Of a stretch of 64,000 bases of DNA, positions 62,105 to 64,000 are shown piece after piece. The first letter of the stretch is position 1. The number at the start of each line of letters is the position of its first letter. The notes under the pieces were generated by a model that searched no databases, was not told the DNA's origin, and saw only the letters and a program-made list of their open reading frames with translations. Source of the stretch: an uncultured Candidatus Saccharibacteria bacterium (GTDB taxonomy: Bacteria; Patescibacteriota; Minisyncoccia; Minisyncoccales; CAYTKG01); the NCBI GenBank assembly GCA_964387175.1, contig CAYLVJ010000001.1:602-64601 (forward strand), in the 5' to 3' direction. Both the position numbers and the translations under genes were made by a program.

Positions 62105-62220
62105 TCGATGTTGTCGACTAAGATTGATAGCTGAAATTTGGCTATTAATCTTAAAGGTATTGGTCTCGAGGCCTCTAAACCGAGACACCTGGTTTGAAGC
62201 AACTCAAAGGGTCCAAGAGT

Positions 62221-62248
62221 AAAAAAGGCCGAAATGGCCTTTTTTGTT
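62221..62248 (+). terminator. Terminator-like hairpin after 16S
   Basis: AAAAAAGGCC-GAAAT-GGCCTTTTTT. Confidence 0.6.
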
Positions 62249-62288
62249 TGAGAAAAGTTAGTTTTTGTTTTAAGATATAAGAAGATTA

Positions 62289-62365
62289 GGGTGTGTAGCT
62301 CAGTTGGCTAGAGCACGTCTCTGATAAAGACGAGGTCCGTGGTTCGAGTCCACGCACACCCACCA
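62289..62365 (+). tRNA. tRNA-Ile(GAT), CCA encoded
   Basis: Anticodon arm CGTCT-CTGATAA-AGACG. Confidence 0.95.
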
Positions 62366-62368
62366 TTT

Positions 62369-62440
62369 GGGCCGTTAGCTCAATGGCAGAGCACCTCGTT
62401 TGCATCGAGGAGGTTACCAGTTCAAGTCTGGTACGGTCCA
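62369..62440 (+). tRNA. tRNA-Ala(TGC)
   Basis: Anticodon TGC; G3:U70 pair. Confidence 0.95.
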
Positions 62441-62496
62441 CACTACTTTCCCATCTAAAAAGGTCTTTAATAATAAATTTACAATTAATTTATAAC

Positions 62497-63210
62497 ATGA
62501 ATGACAAATTACTTTTAGAAGTAGGAGGTAATCTTCCGGAAAGTTGGCAAAGCGCTTTAAGCCCTCGGCCTTTTACAGTGGCTTTTCAAAGAATGATTGG
62601 GTTTTTCCCTAATATTATTGGGTCGATTATTCTTCTAGTGCTCGGTTGGCTGGTGGCCAACGGTATTGGAAAGTTAGTTAGTGAACTTTTGAAAGCTTCT
62701 GGGTTTAACAAATTATTTGAAAAATCCGGGTGGCAGGAAGCTTTAAAAAGAGCGGAGGTGGAGGTGGATGTTTCTCAATTTTTGGGAGCGGTTTGCAAGT
62801 GGGTTCTTTTCTTTGTTTTTCTGGCGATAGGGGTTGAAGTTTTAGGACTCAGTCAGTTTGCTGGATTCTTAAATCAAGTTCTAGCTTATATCCCCAGCGT
62901 GATTGTTTCTGTTTTAATTTTTGTAGCAGCGGTTGTTATTTCCGATATCCTAGAGAAAATAGTGGTTGCTTCTTTGGAGAAAGCAAAACTGGGTTACACG
63001 AAACTAGCTGGACTTTTAGTTAGGTGGGCGATAATAGGGTTTTCTTTGCTGGCTATTCTGGTTCAGTTGGGTATTGCCAAAGAAATGGTACTTGTTCTGT
63101 TTAGAGGAGTAGTTGGTTTCTTTGTTATTTCCTTGGGTCTTGCTTTTGGCTTGGGAGGAAAAGAAATCGCCGGTGAAATCTTAAGAAAACTTCAGAGAAA
63201 ATTAAAATAA
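62497..63210 (+). CDS. MscS-associated conserved TM-helix repeat protein (CmpX-like)
   Basis: FPNIIGSIILLVLGWLVA and YIPSVIVSVLI repeats; GLAFGLGG; start at ATG 62497. Confidence 0.8.
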   Translation: MNDKLLLEVGGNLPESWQSALSPRPFTVAFQRMIGFFPNIIGSIILLVLGWLVANGIGKLVSELLKASGFNKLFEKSGWQEALKRAEVEVDVSQFLGAVCKWVLFFVFLAIGVEVLGLSQFAGFLNQVLAYIPSVIVSVLIFVAAVVISDILEKIVVASLEKAKLGYTKLAGLLVRWAIIGFSLLAILVQLGIAKEMVLVLFRGVVGFFVISLGLAFGLGGKEIAGEILRKLQRKLK

Positions 63211-63254
63211 TTTTAACTTAAAACTTTGAAACACTGTTTTTTTAACATTGTTTC

Positions 63255-63283
63255 TTGACACTTTTTTTTAATTAAGTTAAAAT
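63255..63283 (+). promoter_or_regulatory. Separate 23S rRNA promoter
   Basis: TTGACA-N17-TAAAAT. Confidence 0.75.
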
Positions 63284-63292
63284 CAAATTGAC

Positions 63293-63396
63293 ATGCAAAA
63301 AGTTTTAAACAAAGGAAGTGGCTAAAGCTCGCTTTATGGAGTGGGTTTTGGCTGCTTCCTTTGGAAGCAGCTTTTTAGTACTTTAAAAATTAAATA
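63293..63396 (+). promoter_or_regulatory. Attenuator-like 23S leader (uORF, antiterminator/terminator, boxA-like)
   Basis: uORF 63293-63325; 22-bp hairpin 63311-63362 competes with terminator 63351-63376; AGTACTTTAAAAATTAAATA follows. Confidence 0.6.
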
Positions 63397-63461
63397 ATGC
63401 AAGTAAATTTGAGAAGGTTGAGCTTGGTTTTGCCAAGCTTAACTTGACCAGGTCTAAAAAA

Positions 63462-64000
<539 letters not shown>

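Noticed and set aside
62383-62496. N-terminal extension of the MscS-associated ORF
   Set aside because: Overlaps tRNA-Ala; ATG 62497 is the plausible start

Overview
Gene-dense, AT-rich chromosomal segment from a small-genome bacterium. Gene content (type IV pilus cluster without secretin, TrbC/VirB2-like pilins, N-terminally truncated RF1, short EF-Ts) and a divergent 16S point to Patescibacteria/CPR, Parcubacteria-like (inference); the genetic code is standard. It holds translation and repair housekeeping genes (rplS, rpsA-like, rplT, rpmI, infC, smpB, tmRNA, ileS, glyQS, rplY, rpmE, rpsB, tsf, gyrA with intein, recG, recO, ligA, polX), 13 tRNAs, a full T4P/competence locus, and an rRNA locus split by a protein-coding gene. 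The most unusual signals are RNA-level. (1) The 16S rRNA lacks the anti-Shine-Dalgarno sequence and the housekeeping starts I checked lack SD sites, yet three tiny orphan ORFs carry an identical perfect SD (AAAGGAGGTGAGA). (2) Two of these ORFs sit in tandem cassettes at 47.0-47.8 kb, each built as leader peptide, then competing antiterminator/terminator, then boxA-like site, then SD-microprotein. (3) The 23S leader, and more weakly the 16S leader, shows the same uORF/antiterminator/terminator/boxA layout, suggesting translation-coupled attenuation of rRNA synthesis. Also present: tRNA-Ile(UAU), tRNA-Arg(GCG), IleRS2 with a GVHH signature, a glycine T-box, and a GyrA intein with a decaying endonuclease.
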